From: a virus
Taxonomy: Duplodnaviria; Caudoviricetes
Virus record (IMG/VR): IMGVR_UViG_3300030107_003607
Location: 1-53,802 of that record
Direction: 5' to 3' (one strand)
DNA length: 53,802 bases
In this document: positions 1 through 10,090 of the stretch, piece by piece
How positions within the stretch are numbered: the stretch's first letter is position 1
Layout of the letters: each line of letters opens with the position of its first letter
The notes under the pieces: model-generated
What the model was told of the DNA's origin: nothing
The model's input: the letters and a program-made list of their open reading frames with translations, nothing else
Databases searched by the model: none
Made by a program: the position numbers and the translations under genes

Positions 1-1
1 G

Positions 2-1285
2 AAAACTTATACTCTTATGTCAGGCGAAAAAGAGATGGGTAAACTTACTGAAACAGAACTAAAAGATTTCTTTGATAATAATAAAGTTTCAGTATCTTCT
101 AATGGTGTATTATATCGTAGTGATAAGAAAGGATTGATTCCGGCTCTGTTAGAAAAGTGGTTCGATACTCGTGTGGAGTATAGAAAGTTGATGAAGAAGT
201 TCGGTGATGCTGGTGATAATGAGAAGTATACTTACTTCAAAAGTCGTCAGTTAATTCAAAAGGTGGTTCTAAATTCATTATATGGTGTATTAGGTTTGCC
301 AGTATTTAGATTCTATGACTTAGACAATGCTGAGGCTACCACACTTACAGGTCAAGAACTAATTAAGTTTACCAAAAAGATTGGTAATCATTTCTACAAC
401 AAAGAGTTGGGAGATAATAATGACTATTGTATTTATATTGATACTGATTCAGTTTTCTATTCAGCGCTTCCATTAGTTAAGAAAAGATTTCCTACTATGG
501 ACTTCGATAGTGAGACTATGATGAGTAAGAGGATATTGGATGTGGCTGATGAGATGCAGGGATTTCTGAATAAGTCTTATGATTACTTTGCCAAAAGGTT
601 TTTGAATTTGGATAAACATAGATTTGAGATAAAGCAGGAATTGATTGCTAAGAGTGGTTTGTTTATTGTGAAGAAACGATATGGTATGAAGATTATCAAT
701 GACAATGGAGTAAAGGTAAACAAACTGCATGTCAAAGGATTGGACTTAGTTCGTAGTAATTTTCCTAAGGCTATGGGTGAGTTATTAAAAAGTGTATTAG
801 AGGATATTCTGGCAACTGTGCCAAAGGATAAGATAGATGAGAGAATTATAAATTTTAAGGAATCTATGAAGTTGGTAGACTTCGATAGGATAGCGATGCC
901 AACTGGTATAAATAACTTAAAGAAATACTCAGATGGTAAGATGGGTAAGTTTACAAAGTTTGCCAAAGGTGCACCAGCTCATATCAAAGCCGCTATAACT
1001 TATAATGATTTACTAAGACATTTCGGAGTTGGTAAAAAATATGAAAAGATAAGTAACTCTGAAAAGATAAAGTGGGTTTATCTAAGACAAAATGATTTAG
1101 GATTAGAGTCTTGTGGATATAAAGGTTATGAAGATCCACCACAAATAATAGAATTTATTAAAACTAATATTGACTACAAAAAGATGTATGCTCAAATGTT
1201 AGAGAAAAAGATAATGATGTTTTATGATTCATTGAAGTGGAATGAGCCAGTAAATAAAAAGACATCTATGGAAAGATTTTTTTGA
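2..1285 (+). CDS. Family B DNA polymerase, C-terminal part (truncated by window start)
   Basis: KVVLNSLYG (motif B), YIDTDS (motif C), KKRY, KGLDLVRS; frame is open to the window edge. Confidence 0.95.
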   Translation, partial: KTYTLMSGEKEMGKLTETELKDFFDNNKVSVSSNGVLYRSDKKGLIPALLEKWFDTRVEYRKLMKKFGDAGDNEKYTYFKSRQLIQKVVLNSLYGVLGLPVFRFYDLDNAEATTLTGQELIKFTKKIGNHFYNKELGDNNDYCIYIDTDSVFYSALPLVKKRFPTMDFDSETMMSKRILDVADEMQGFLNKSYDYFAKRFLNLDKHRFEIKQELIAKSGLFIVKKRYGMKIINDNGVKVNKLHVKGLDLVRSNFPKAMGELLKSVLEDILATVPKDKIDERIINFKESMKLVDFDRIAMPTGINNLKKYSDGKMGKFTKFAKGAPAHIKAAITYNDLLRHFGVGKKYEKISNSEKIKWVYLRQNDLGLESCGYKGYEDPPQIIEFIKTNIDYKKMYAQMLEKKIMMFYDSLKWNEPVNKKTSMERFF

Positions 1286-1336
1286 TTTTGAAAATAAAAA
1301 CTGATATATATTTATATATCAAAAACTACATAAGGA

Positions 1337-2059
1337 GTGAAAATGAACAAACATTCATTAAGCCGCTTTATTGATAAGTACTATCTTGGCGGAAATTGTT
1401 CATCGGTTGTAATTAATAGTAAAGGAGATTCTCTTTCTACTAGATTTATTACTGGTGATAAAAATTTACTTGGAGAACTAACTATGTCAGGTTGGAAGTT
1501 CGATGAGGCTGATTTAGGTGTATATAATACAGAGCAGCTTGTTAAACTACTTTCAGTTCTGTCAGAGAATATCACAATGAATCTTACTAAAGCTGGAGAT
1601 AAAGCAGTATCTCTTAAAATATCAGATAGTAAATCTGATGTTAATTATATGCTTTCAGATTTATCTGTTATTAGTTCGCCACCTAATCTTAAATCTATAC
1701 CTGATTTTGAGGTAAAGATAAAAGTCGATAAGTCTTTTATGCAGAAGTTTATTGCTGGTAAAAGTGCTTTGGCTGATACTGATAATTTTACAGTATTGAC
1801 TAACGATGATGGGGTAAAGGTTGTGATTGGTTATGCTGAGATTAACACTAATCGTGTTACTCTTCCTGTGGAAACAGAATCTTATGATAAGATTGATAAT
1901 GTATCTTTCAATGCTAATCTATTCAGAGATGTATTGGTTGCAAACAAAGAGTGTGAGGGTGCTACATTAGAAGTAAGTTCAGGCGGTTTGGCTAGAATCA
2001 ATTTTAAAGTTGATGAGTATAATGCCACATATTACTTAGTTGCTGAACAAGATGTGTAA
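1337..2059 (+). CDS. Sliding clamp (gp45/PCNA-like)
   Basis: 240 aa, acidic and beta-rich, ends YYLVA; lies between polymerase and clamp loader. Confidence 0.7.
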   Translation: MKMNKHSLSRFIDKYYLGGNCSSVVINSKGDSLSTRFITGDKNLLGELTMSGWKFDEADLGVYNTEQLVKLLSVLSENITMNLTKAGDKAVSLKISDSKSDVNYMLSDLSVISSPPNLKSIPDFEVKIKVDKSFMQKFIAGKSALADTDNFTVLTNDDGVKVVIGYAEINTNRVTLPVETESYDKIDNVSFNANLFRDVLVANKECEGATLEVSSGGLARINFKVDEYNATYYLVAEQDV

Positions 2060-2823
2060 TGGAAGAATATGTAGATAAGTCTAGAGTATCCGTTAGACCA
2101 ATCTATAAACCATTGGCTAAGGATATAATAGAAAAAAACCATTATAGTGGTAGGTTGTCATCTTGTCGCTATCCTCTTGGAATCTTTTATCAAACTGATA
2201 ATGAACACAAATTCTTTGCAGAAGCTGAAGAGAAACTTGTGGGAGTTGCATGTTATGGTTTTCCTGTTGGAAGAAGAGTTCTCGGTTCTATCTTCTCTGA
2301 AGAAATATTAGAGAATAAAAACATATTAGAACTTACGAGACTCTTCATCCACGATGGATATGGCAAAAATATTGAGTCTTTGGCATTGGGATTGACTTTC
2401 AAATGGTTGAAAGAGAACGCTCAAAATATAAAGGTTCTAATATCTTATGCTGACCCTGAACAATCACACGATGGTGCTATCTACCAAGCAACTAATTGGA
2501 TATATCAAGGTTGTGGTGCTTTTCAAATGGCGCCAACCTATTCTCTGAGATTAGAAGAAGATGGAGAATGGATACATAGTAGAAGTGTTTATTCTAAATT
2601 TGGTTCATCAGATCCTAAGAAAATGGTTAAGGCTATTGGACACGACTTTTGGTTGAAGAAAGAAGCTAGTAAACATAGATACATTTACTTTCTTGGTAAT
2701 AAAAAAGAGAATAGAAAATTTCATAGTGTTATGAAACATCCTGAAATGGACTATCCTAAAAACTATAAACACGATATTGAAATAACAAAAGTAGAGGTTA
2801 ATAACGAAAAATGGAAAGATTAG
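2059..2823 (+). CDS. Mom-like GNAT DNA adenine-modification protein, paralog 1
   Basis: IEKNHYS, LELTRL, ISYADPEQSHDGAIYQATNWIYQG, KHRYIY. Confidence 0.75.
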   Translation: MEEYVDKSRVSVRPIYKPLAKDIIEKNHYSGRLSSCRYPLGIFYQTDNEHKFFAEAEEKLVGVACYGFPVGRRVLGSIFSEEILENKNILELTRLFIHDGYGKNIESLALGLTFKWLKENAQNIKVLISYADPEQSHDGAIYQATNWIYQGCGAFQMAPTYSLRLEEDGEWIHSRSVYSKFGSSDPKKMVKAIGHDFWLKKEASKHRYIYFLGNKKENRKFHSVMKHPEMDYPKNYKHDIEITKVEVNNEKWKD

Positions 2824-3749
2824 ATAATACCTTATGGGTTGAAAAGTATCGCCCTAATTCACTTGAATCTTATATAGGAAATGAACATCTAAAAAGTAAG
2901 GTTAAGGTTTATTTAGAGAGTGGGGATTTGCCACACCTTTTATTATATGGTAGGGCAGGTACAGGTAAAACCACTCTTGCTAAATTGCTTGTCAATAATA
3001 TAGATTGTGACCACTTATATATTAACGCTTCAGATGAGAATAGTGTTGATGTAGTTCGTAATAAGGTTCGTGGTTTTGCTTCTACTATTGGATTCAAAGA
3101 TATGAAAGTTGTTATATTAGATGAGTGTGATTATATCACACCTAACGCACAAGCGGCTTTGCGTAACCTTATGGAGACTTTTTCTAAACATACTCGTTTC
3201 ATATTGACTTGTAACTATGTAGAAAGGATTATCGATCCAATACAGAGTCGTTGCCAACCATTTCAGATAGTACCACCATCAAGAAAAGAAGTTGCTATTC
3301 ACCTAAACGAAATCTTAAAAGGAGAGGGTGTTGGGTTCGAAGTTGATGATGTAGCTACATTGGTTAATGGTGGCTATCCTGATATTCGTAGAGTTATAAA
3401 CTTTGCTCAAAGGCAAGTAGTTGATGGTAAGTTGTCAATCGACCAAGATAATTTAGTTGCAGTTGATTTGAATGTAAATGTATTTTCTACTCAAGTTGTC
3501 AATGTATTGAAAACACAAAGTAAGAAAGACGCTTTTGTGACTATAAGAAAGATGTTAGGTGATAATCAAATATCAGACTTTGCTGATGTGTTCCGTTTGT
3601 TGTATGATGAAGTTGATGATTATGGTAAAGGACACGTAGCAGAATGTATATTGACTATTGCTAAATATCAATTATCAGATGCGCAGGTTGTTGATAAAGA
3701 AATAAATGTGATGGCTATGATGATAGAATTGTTGGGAATTATAAAATGA
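2811..3749 (+). CDS. Clamp loader ATPase subunit (gp44/RFC-like)
   Basis: WVEKYRP, Walker A GRAGTGKTT, Walker B ILDECD, SRC motif. Confidence 0.95.
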   Translation: MERLDNTLWVEKYRPNSLESYIGNEHLKSKVKVYLESGDLPHLLLYGRAGTGKTTLAKLLVNNIDCDHLYINASDENSVDVVRNKVRGFASTIGFKDMKVVILDECDYITPNAQAALRNLMETFSKHTRFILTCNYVERIIDPIQSRCQPFQIVPPSRKEVAIHLNEILKGEGVGFEVDDVATLVNGGYPDIRRVINFAQRQVVDGKLSIDQDNLVAVDLNVNVFSTQVVNVLKTQSKKDAFVTIRKMLGDNQISDFADVFRLLYDEVDDYGKGHVAECILTIAKYQLSDAQVVDKEINVMAMMIELLGIIK

Positions 3750-4513
3750 GGGTGTTAGTAATCGGAGATAGTTGCCAAGATATATTTGTTTATGGTGATA
3801 TAGATAGGATATGTCCTGAAGGACCTGTTCCAGTGTTCAATAGAGATTGGGAAAAGGGTAATAATGGGATGGCTCTGAATGTAGTGGCTAACTTAGAATC
3901 ATTGGGTGCTGAAGTAAAATATGTCACTAATCAAGTGGGTATAGTTAAAACCAGATATGTTGATAAACGCTCCAACCAACTTGTTATGAGAGTCGATGAC
4001 AATGATAGATGTGATAGGATTGAAAAGGATTATTTATATAAGATAAGAAATAATGCTGTGGGTGATTGGAAGTTTGATGCTTTAGTGGTTGCTGATTATA
4101 ACAAAGGATTTTTAGATGAGGAAGATATAGCTTACCTTTGCCAAAACAACACTAATGTATTTATAGATACAAAGAAACCAATCGATGAATATATGACAGA
4201 GTGTTCTTATATAAAGATAAATGAATTAGAATACAAAGCTATTAAAGAGAATGCTATAACTAATTGGTATGATGATAAATTAATAGTTACTCTCGGAGAA
4301 GATGGATGCCAGTATGATGGAAAAATATACGACACAACTAAAGTTACAGGAGGAGATGTATCAGGCGCAGGAGATACTTTTATGGCGGCTTTAGTTGTGA
4401 AGTATGGTGAGACTAATAAAATACAAAGGGCTATAAAGTATGCTCTAAAAGCAGCTACCGAAGTAGTTAAAAAAAGTGGAGTTTCAACAATTACTAAAGA
4501 GGAAATAAAATGA
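3746..4513 (+). CDS. PfkB-family kinase, heptose-7-phosphate kinase (HldE/RfaE kinase domain)-like
   Basis: VLVIGD..D..G...RICPEGPVPV, DYNKG, DVSGAGDTFMAAL. Confidence 0.85.
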   Translation: MRVLVIGDSCQDIFVYGDIDRICPEGPVPVFNRDWEKGNNGMALNVVANLESLGAEVKYVTNQVGIVKTRYVDKRSNQLVMRVDDNDRCDRIEKDYLYKIRNNAVGDWKFDALVVADYNKGFLDEEDIAYLCQNNTNVFIDTKKPIDEYMTECSYIKINELEYKAIKENAITNWYDDKLIVTLGEDGCQYDGKIYDTTKVTGGDVSGAGDTFMAALVVKYGETNKIQRAIKYALKAATEVVKKSGVSTITKEEIK

Positions 4514-4761
4514 GTATGAAACCAATGAAACCAATAAACAAACCAACATCAAATGTAAATGTTACTATGGGAGATACAGAACCATTTGTATGTGAGGATT
4601 GTGGTAATGCTGTATTTATACCAGCAGTATTTCTAAGGAGATTGTCGCCAATCGTATCACCTACAGGTAAAGAAGCTATGATTCCAATACAGGTTTATAG
4701 TTGTGGTAATTGTGGTAAAGTTCCAAGCACATTAATGAAGGAATTTGATGGCGAAAGTTAA
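4510..4761 (+). CDS. Small zinc-ribbon protein
   Basis: CEDCG...CGNCG. Confidence 0.6.
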   Translation: MSMKPMKPINKPTSNVNVTMGDTEPFVCEDCGNAVFIPAVFLRRLSPIVSPTGKEAMIPIQVYSCGNCGKVPSTLMKEFDGES

Positions 4762-5203
4762 AAAGAAAAGTTTATTCGATCACGTTAATGCTGTCACGAG
4801 TCAGCAACATCCTAATTATTGGGATGAGATTTCTGATGATGACAAAAAGTCGTGGTCAAATTTTATGGTTAATAGGTTTCTTTCTATGAAGCCTGAGTGG
4901 ATAGAACTTGTGAATGAGGTTCAGAAATATCCACTAAAACCAAAAGAGCTATATAAAGTTTATATAGATTTTTTACCAAAGAAGAAACAATGGTTAAAAT
5001 ATATCAAAGGAGATAAAAAGATGAAATATCCAAAATGGGTATTAGAAATAGTTTCTAAACATTTACAATGTAGTGTTAGAGAAGCGAGTGACGCCGTAGA
5101 GATGTATGAAATATCAGCTGGCGGACAATCGGAATTAGCAGATATTTTAGGAAAGTATGGAGTTGAACAAAAGGAGATTCGTAAGCTCGGTTTAATATCA
5201 TAG
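4745..5203 (+). CDS. Clamp loader small subunit (gp62-like)
   Basis: SLFDHVNAV...FMVNRFLSM...PKKKQWLKY pattern; replisome context. Confidence 0.65.
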   Translation: MMAKVKKKSLFDHVNAVTSQQHPNYWDEISDDDKKSWSNFMVNRFLSMKPEWIELVNEVQKYPLKPKELYKVYIDFLPKKKQWLKYIKGDKKMKYPKWVLEIVSKHLQCSVREASDAVEMYEISAGGQSELADILGKYGVEQKEIRKLGLIS

Positions 5204-5205
5204 AA

Positions 5206-5838
5206 ATGAGCGTAAAGAACTTCACAGTTGAAGAAGTACCTAGAAAATCAGTAGTAAAGTTTATAGAGAAACATCACTATTCACACAATGTAAATGGTGT
5301 CCAATCTTTATATCATTATGGATTATTTACAGAGGGAAATTTCGGAATACCTAAAATGATTGGGGCTATGATGTATGCTCATCCATCAATGCCAGCTACA
5401 GCAGCTAAATACAATCCAATTAATCCCACTAAGTGTTTAGAACTTAGAAGATTAGTTTGTATTGATGCCACACCTAAAAACACAGAAAGTTTTTTTATAG
5501 GACAGACATTTAAATTACTAAAAAGAGATACAGATATGGAAGTTATAGTTTCGTTTGCTGACCAACATCACGGACATACGGGTGTGATTTACAAAGCTAC
5601 TAACTTTGATTATTTAGGTGAGACATCGAGAGGTAGGATACTAATGGTAGATGGTAAAGAAATGCATAGTAGGTCTTTGAATCAATTAGACAGGCCGTAT
5701 GGAAGAGAATTAAAACGAAGATACGAAGCTGGTGATGAAAATATATTTTGGAAGAACACAAAACCAAAGCATATTTATGTATACTATCTTAATAAAAAAA
5801 TTAAAAGACAAATAAAAAAGCTTGACTTGTATACATAA
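5206..5838 (+). CDS. Mom-like GNAT DNA-modification protein, paralog 2
   Basis: FIEKHHYS, LELRRL, NTESFFI, VSFADQHHGHTGVIYKATNF, KHIYVY. Confidence 0.75.
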   Translation: MSVKNFTVEEVPRKSVVKFIEKHHYSHNVNGVQSLYHYGLFTEGNFGIPKMIGAMMYAHPSMPATAAKYNPINPTKCLELRRLVCIDATPKNTESFFIGQTFKLLKRDTDMEVIVSFADQHHGHTGVIYKATNFDYLGETSRGRILMVDGKEMHSRSLNQLDRPYGRELKRRYEAGDENIFWKNTKPKHIYVYYLNKKIKRQIKKLDLYT

Positions 5839-5851
5839 AAATGTGTATATT
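5822..5851 (+). promoter_or_regulatory. Repeated promoter TTGACT-N18-TATATT
   Basis: TTGACT 5822-27, TATATT 5846-51, upstream A-tract. Confidence 0.75.
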
Positions 5852-5874
5852 TAACTGTAAATTGGGGTGTTATA

Positions 5875-6276
5875 ATGAGTAATATAAAAGAATCTAAAAA
5901 CAAAAAAGAGGTAAATTCTTATTTAACAGGTGATAATGGTGACATTGTAACAATGATGGAAAAAGAATGGCCACAAATGACGGCTGAGTTTCGTAAATTA
6001 CAAAGAGAACAATATGAGTTGTTCTTACACAAACAACACGACTACGGTCCAGGTAATATTTCAGTTGGAACACAATTACAAACACCCGAAGAGATACAAT
6101 TATCTCTTACAGGTCTATGGTTCAGAATGAATGATAAGATACAGAGACTAAAGAATTTATTGATGAGTGGTCGTGAAAATGCTGTAGAAAATGAACCGAT
6201 GGAAGATGCTTTTCTTGATGTATCCAACTATGGTATTATGGCTACAATCGTAAAGAATGGTAAGTGGGGTAAGTGA
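5875..6276 (+). CDS. Nucleotide-modification-associated alpha-helical domain protein (Nmad1/DUF1599-like)
   Basis: KQHDYG...RMNDKIQRL...EDAFLDVSNYGIMA. Confidence 0.7.
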   Translation: MSNIKESKNKKEVNSYLTGDNGDIVTMMEKEWPQMTAEFRKLQREQYELFLHKQHDYGPGNISVGTQLQTPEEIQLSLTGLWFRMNDKIQRLKNLLMSGRENAVENEPMEDAFLDVSNYGIMATIVKNGKWGK

Positions 6277-6413
6277 TGGCAAAGTATAAACCTAAATACA
6301 GACTTGAAGTGGAAGAAGGTCACTACGAAAATGATAATTTGTTTTTCTTAATATGTCAGGTGTTACTACATAGATTCTGGCATTTAATTAATTATGGCGA
6401 ATGGGCTGATTAG
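6276..6413 (+). CDS. 45-aa hypothetical protein (not in ORF track)
   Basis: MAKYKPKYRLEV...GEWAD; overlaps both neighbours by one base. Confidence 0.55.
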   Translation: MAKYKPKYRLEVEEGHYENDNLFFLICQVLLHRFWHLINYGEWAD

Positions 6414-7279
6414 TGAATAAGATAAGTTATAGTCAATATTCAATGTGGGCTCAATGTCCACATAGATGGAAAACTGCGTATGTAGATGGTAAGAGAGAGT
6501 ATACAGAAAGTATACATACTCTTTTTGGTACATCGATGCACGAAGTTATACAGACATTTCTAACTGTTATGTATGAAGATACTGCCAAAGCAGCTGAAGC
6601 TCTACCATTACCTGAAATGTTAAGAATTAGAATGAAGAGAAATTACGAAGATGCCCTAACAAAGAATGGTGGTGTTGAGTTCTGTACTCAAGCTGATATG
6701 GTAGAGTTTTACAAACACGGATTACTGATATTAGATTTCATAAAAAAGAAAAGAGCTCAATACTTTAGTAAGAAAGGTTATGAGTTAGTTGGTATAGAAG
6801 TTCCTTTGGAATATGATTTGCCAAATGGTGTTAAGTTTATTGGTTATATCGATGTAGTAATTAGAGATACAGTTAGAGATGTAATTAAGATATATGATAT
6901 AAAGACTTCCACTATGGGTTGGAACAAATATATGAAGGCTGATAAAATCAAAACAGACCAATTATTATTATATAAACAATTCTATTCAAAACAATTTAAT
7001 CATCCAATGGATAGGATAGAAGTTGAATACTTTATTGTAAAAAGAAAATTATATGAGAACTTAGACTTTCCACAAAAGAGAGTTCAGAAGTTTGCACCTG
7101 CAAATGGAACACCATCTATTAACCAAGTCACAAAAAGATTGAGTGAATTTATGGAAGAATGTTTTAAACCTGATGGAGAATACAACACCGAGCATATTTA
7201 TAGTAAAGTGGCATCTAAGAAAAATTGCAGATTTTGCGATTTTAATCAAACAGAATATTGTGACGCAGGAGTTAAGTGA
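6413..7279 (+). CDS. PD-(D/E)XK exonuclease, Cas4/RecB-like with Fe-S cysteines
   Basis: SYSQ..W..CP, GYIDVV..IYDIKTS, QLLLY, CRFCDF....C. Confidence 0.85.
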   Translation: MNKISYSQYSMWAQCPHRWKTAYVDGKREYTESIHTLFGTSMHEVIQTFLTVMYEDTAKAAEALPLPEMLRIRMKRNYEDALTKNGGVEFCTQADMVEFYKHGLLILDFIKKKRAQYFSKKGYELVGIEVPLEYDLPNGVKFIGYIDVVIRDTVRDVIKIYDIKTSTMGWNKYMKADKIKTDQLLLYKQFYSKQFNHPMDRIEVEYFIVKRKLYENLDFPQKRVQKFAPANGTPSINQVTKRLSEFMEECFKPDGEYNTEHIYSKVASKKNCRFCDFNQTEYCDAGVK

Positions 7280-7707
7280 TGAAAGTAAATCTACGGATGA
7301 ATCTAGCTCATTTTTTATACAAACCTTTTGAAGAAGAGGTGATAAATAAATTAGAGAAAGCACATAAAGATAATGTTAAATTTTATTTGATATTATGGTA
7401 TAAAGAGGGTTCTTTGAAACCTAAAGATTTAAAAGATTTTATGCTGAAGTATGAATCTAATTTACATTTTAAAACTAATATAGTTGTAGGAGACACACTA
7501 AAACCTAATGACTTTATTTGGTACGATATAACAGATAAATATGGATTAGATGGTAATCAAGTTAGGTTTCAATATACTTATAGTAAACCGGAAAGTATTT
7601 TAAAAGGTTTGGATGAGTTTCATAAATGTGCTAAATTTTGTTCATCCGATAAACCACCCAAAAGACAAAAGAGGAATGACTATGAAAGTAGCGATAGTAG
7701 GAAGTAG
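7276..7707 (+). CDS. Hypothetical protein
   Basis: 143-aa ORF coupled to neighbours. Confidence 0.6.
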   Translation: MMKVNLRMNLAHFLYKPFEEEVINKLEKAHKDNVKFYLILWYKEGSLKPKDLKDFMLKYESNLHFKTNIVVGDTLKPNDFIWYDITDKYGLDGNQVRFQYTYSKPESILKGLDEFHKCAKFCSSDKPPKRQKRNDYESSDSRK

Positions 7708-8083
7708 GCAATATACAAATAAAAGAAAGATTCAAGAATTTGTATTTAAGTTGAAACAAAAATATGGTGAAAAATTAGAAATAGTAAGTGGTGGACAAAA
7801 AGAGGGTGCTGATGGGTATGCTAAAAAGTATGCTCTTGAATTTGATGTAGATTATTCAGAGTTTCCGCCAGCACATTACAGTCATAATATACATTGTGTT
7901 TTACCAAAATACAGATATGGCAAGGCTTTTTATAAGAGTAATTATCACAAAAGGAACGCACAGATAGCTGAACATTGTGATGTTATGGTGGCATTTTTAC
8001 CTAAAAATACTATGTCTAAAGGTACAGAAAGTGCTCTAAATGAAGCTAAAGAAAAACAAAAAAAATATGTAATAATAAGTTAG
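7682..8083 (+). CDS. SLOG-superfamily (YspA/DprA-like) protein
   Basis: MKVAIVGSR, IVSGGQKEGAD, RNAQIAEHCD..VAF, SKGT; start moved to ATG 7682 after GAGG. Confidence 0.75.
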   Translation: MKVAIVGSRQYTNKRKIQEFVFKLKQKYGEKLEIVSGGQKEGADGYAKKYALEFDVDYSEFPPAHYSHNIHCVLPKYRYGKAFYKSNYHKRNAQIAEHCDVMVAFLPKNTMSKGTESALNEAKEKQKKYVIIS

Positions 8084-8122
8084 TTCTTATATACTTATAT
8101 ACATATATACGGAGGAAACTTT

Positions 8123-8311
8123 ATGTTGAAATTGACATCCGTAAAGTTATTGGACAATCTTTATAAAAAATTTAAGATAAGTAATTTAGATGATAGCTTT
8201 ACCTTACAAAAATTAGTTAATCGTTCTATGGATATGTATGTTCACGACAAAGAGTTTAGAACATCGATTAACGAATGGAAAAACCTTAAACCAAGTGGGA
8301 GTGCATTATGA
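8123..8311 (+). CDS. Small hypothetical protein, possible ribbon-helix-helix
   Basis: LTSVKL strand followed by two helices; GGAGG RBS. Confidence 0.5.
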   Translation: MLKLTSVKLLDNLYKKFKISNLDDSFTLQKLVNRSMDMYVHDKEFRTSINEWKNLKPSGSAL

Positions 8312-8418
8312 ATGAAAAATTAGAAAAAGCATTGAATCAAATAGTCAATCTTTTAAGTTCAATGAATGAAAGATTGCAAAATATAGAAAATGCAATAAAA
8401 AAACAAAAGAGTAAGTAA
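8308..8418 (+). CDS. 36-aa coiled-coil peptide (not in ORF track)
   Basis: MNEKLEKALNQIV...; ATGA overlap fills the gap. Confidence 0.5.
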   Translation: MNEKLEKALNQIVNLLSSMNERLQNIENAIKKQKSK

Positions 8419-8420
8419 GT

Positions 8421-8660
8421 ATGAATAAGTGGTTAAAAGCAGAGTTAGATTATTGGCAATCTCAAAAGTCTCAATCATTGGCTACGCTAGAATTATACTT
8501 TAATGATTCAGTAGGTATTGGAGAACATTCTGATATATCTAAGGAAATACACGATTGGACAGGTAAATTGTCTGAAGCTATAGAAAACTTACAAAATCTA
8601 CAAGAATACTTTGCAAAAGATGGGAAAGTAAAAACAGAAAAAATGTTATTAAAAGATTAA
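8421..8660 (+). CDS. Hypothetical protein
   Basis: 79-aa helical ORF containing VGIGEHSDI. Confidence 0.6.
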   Translation: MNKWLKAELDYWQSQKSQSLATLELYFNDSVGIGEHSDISKEIHDWTGKLSEAIENLQNLQEYFAKDGKVKTEKMLLKD

Positions 8661-8669
8661 GAGGGTTAT

Positions 8670-10082
8670 ATGCAAAATAAAAAGAAGATACTACTTCTTT
8701 CAGATGATATGAGAATGTCGTCTGGAGTTGGTACGATGTCTCGTGAATTTGTTTTGGGAACATTGGAACACTACCAATGGGTTCAGATAGGTGGGGCAAT
8801 CAAACATCCAGATGAAGGCAAAATCGTTGATATGAATGAGTCTGTCAGAGAGGAGACAGGTATTAAAGATGCTTATCTTAAAATATATCCTGTTAGTGGA
8901 TATGGTAATGGTGACTTATTAAAAGAAGTTCTGAGGATGGAAACTAAAGATGGTGTTGGTGTCGATGCTATACTTCACTATACAGACCCAAGGTTTTGGG
9001 GATGGTTATATCAAATGGAGCATGAGATACGACAAAATATTCCAATATTCTATTACAATATTTGGGATGATTTGCCTTATCCAAGATGGAATGAACCATT
9101 CTATGAGAGTTGTGATTTGATTATGAATATATCTAAACAGACAGTTAATATTGTTGATAATGTTTGTCAGAAAAGACCAAGAACAGATTGGGATAATACT
9201 TATGTACCTCACGGAATCAATGAAGATAATTTTTATCCTGTTGATGAACTGAATATGAAAGAGTGGGGTGATTTATTACAATTCAAAAGAACTGTAACGC
9301 AGGGTAGAGAGTATGATTTCATAGTCTTTTGGAATAATAGAAATATTAGAAGAAAATTACCTGGTGATGTTGTGATGTCATTCAAACAATTTTGTGATAC
9401 TTTACCAAAAGAACAAGCTAAGAAATGTGCATTAATAATGCACACTCAACCACGCGATGAGAATGGTACAGATTTGCCAGCATTGGTTGAAGAACTCTGT
9501 CCTGATTATGATGTTATATTTTCACACAAAAAGTTAAGTGACAAAGAGATGTGTTATATGTACAATTTAGCTGATGTTACAATGAATATGGCGTCTAATG
9601 AGGGATTTGGTTTAGGAACTTGTGAGTCGTTGATGTGTGGAACACCAATATCTGTAACTGTTACTGGTGGATTACAAGACCAAGTTGGATTTAAATATAA
9701 AGATAAATTCATAACTTATGAAGATTACGAATGGATACACTCTTTACACGATGAATTTAAATGGAAAGATAATCCTGATTTAACTTGGGGTGAGTGGTGT
9801 AAACCAGTTTGGCCGTCTAATAGGAGTTTGCAGGGTTCAGTTCCAACACCATACATTTATGATGACAGACCTCGTTCAGAGGACTTTGCTGCTGCTATAA
9901 AAGAGTGGTATGATATGGGTGCTGAAGAAAGAAAAAGATGTGGTAGGTTAGGTCACGAATTTGTTATGAGTGATGATGCTATGATGACTGCTAAAGCTAT
10001 GTCAGGTTTATTTATGGAACATATGGATAGGGCTTTTGATAAATGGACACCACGTAAACGTTACACAATTTTTGAAGGGTAG
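8670..10082 (+). CDS. GT-B (GT4-like) glycosyltransferase
   Basis: KILLLSDD...SGVG, NRNIRRK, ASNEGFGLGTCES. Confidence 0.85.
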   Translation: MQNKKKILLLSDDMRMSSGVGTMSREFVLGTLEHYQWVQIGGAIKHPDEGKIVDMNESVREETGIKDAYLKIYPVSGYGNGDLLKEVLRMETKDGVGVDAILHYTDPRFWGWLYQMEHEIRQNIPIFYYNIWDDLPYPRWNEPFYESCDLIMNISKQTVNIVDNVCQKRPRTDWDNTYVPHGINEDNFYPVDELNMKEWGDLLQFKRTVTQGREYDFIVFWNNRNIRRKLPGDVVMSFKQFCDTLPKEQAKKCALIMHTQPRDENGTDLPALVEELCPDYDVIFSHKKLSDKEMCYMYNLADVTMNMASNEGFGLGTCESLMCGTPISVTVTGGLQDQVGFKYKDKFITYEDYEWIHSLHDEFKWKDNPDLTWGEWCKPVWPSNRSLQGSVPTPYIYDDRPRSEDFAAAIKEWYDMGAEERKRCGRLGHEFVMSDDAMMTAKAMSGLFMEHMDRAFDKWTPRKRYTIFEG

Positions 10083-10090
10083 GAGTTAGA

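Noticed and set aside
6413-7279. Cas4 as a sign of CRISPR-Cas
   Set aside because: No repeat-spacer array or other cas genes seen; stand-alone Cas4-like nucleases are common in phages
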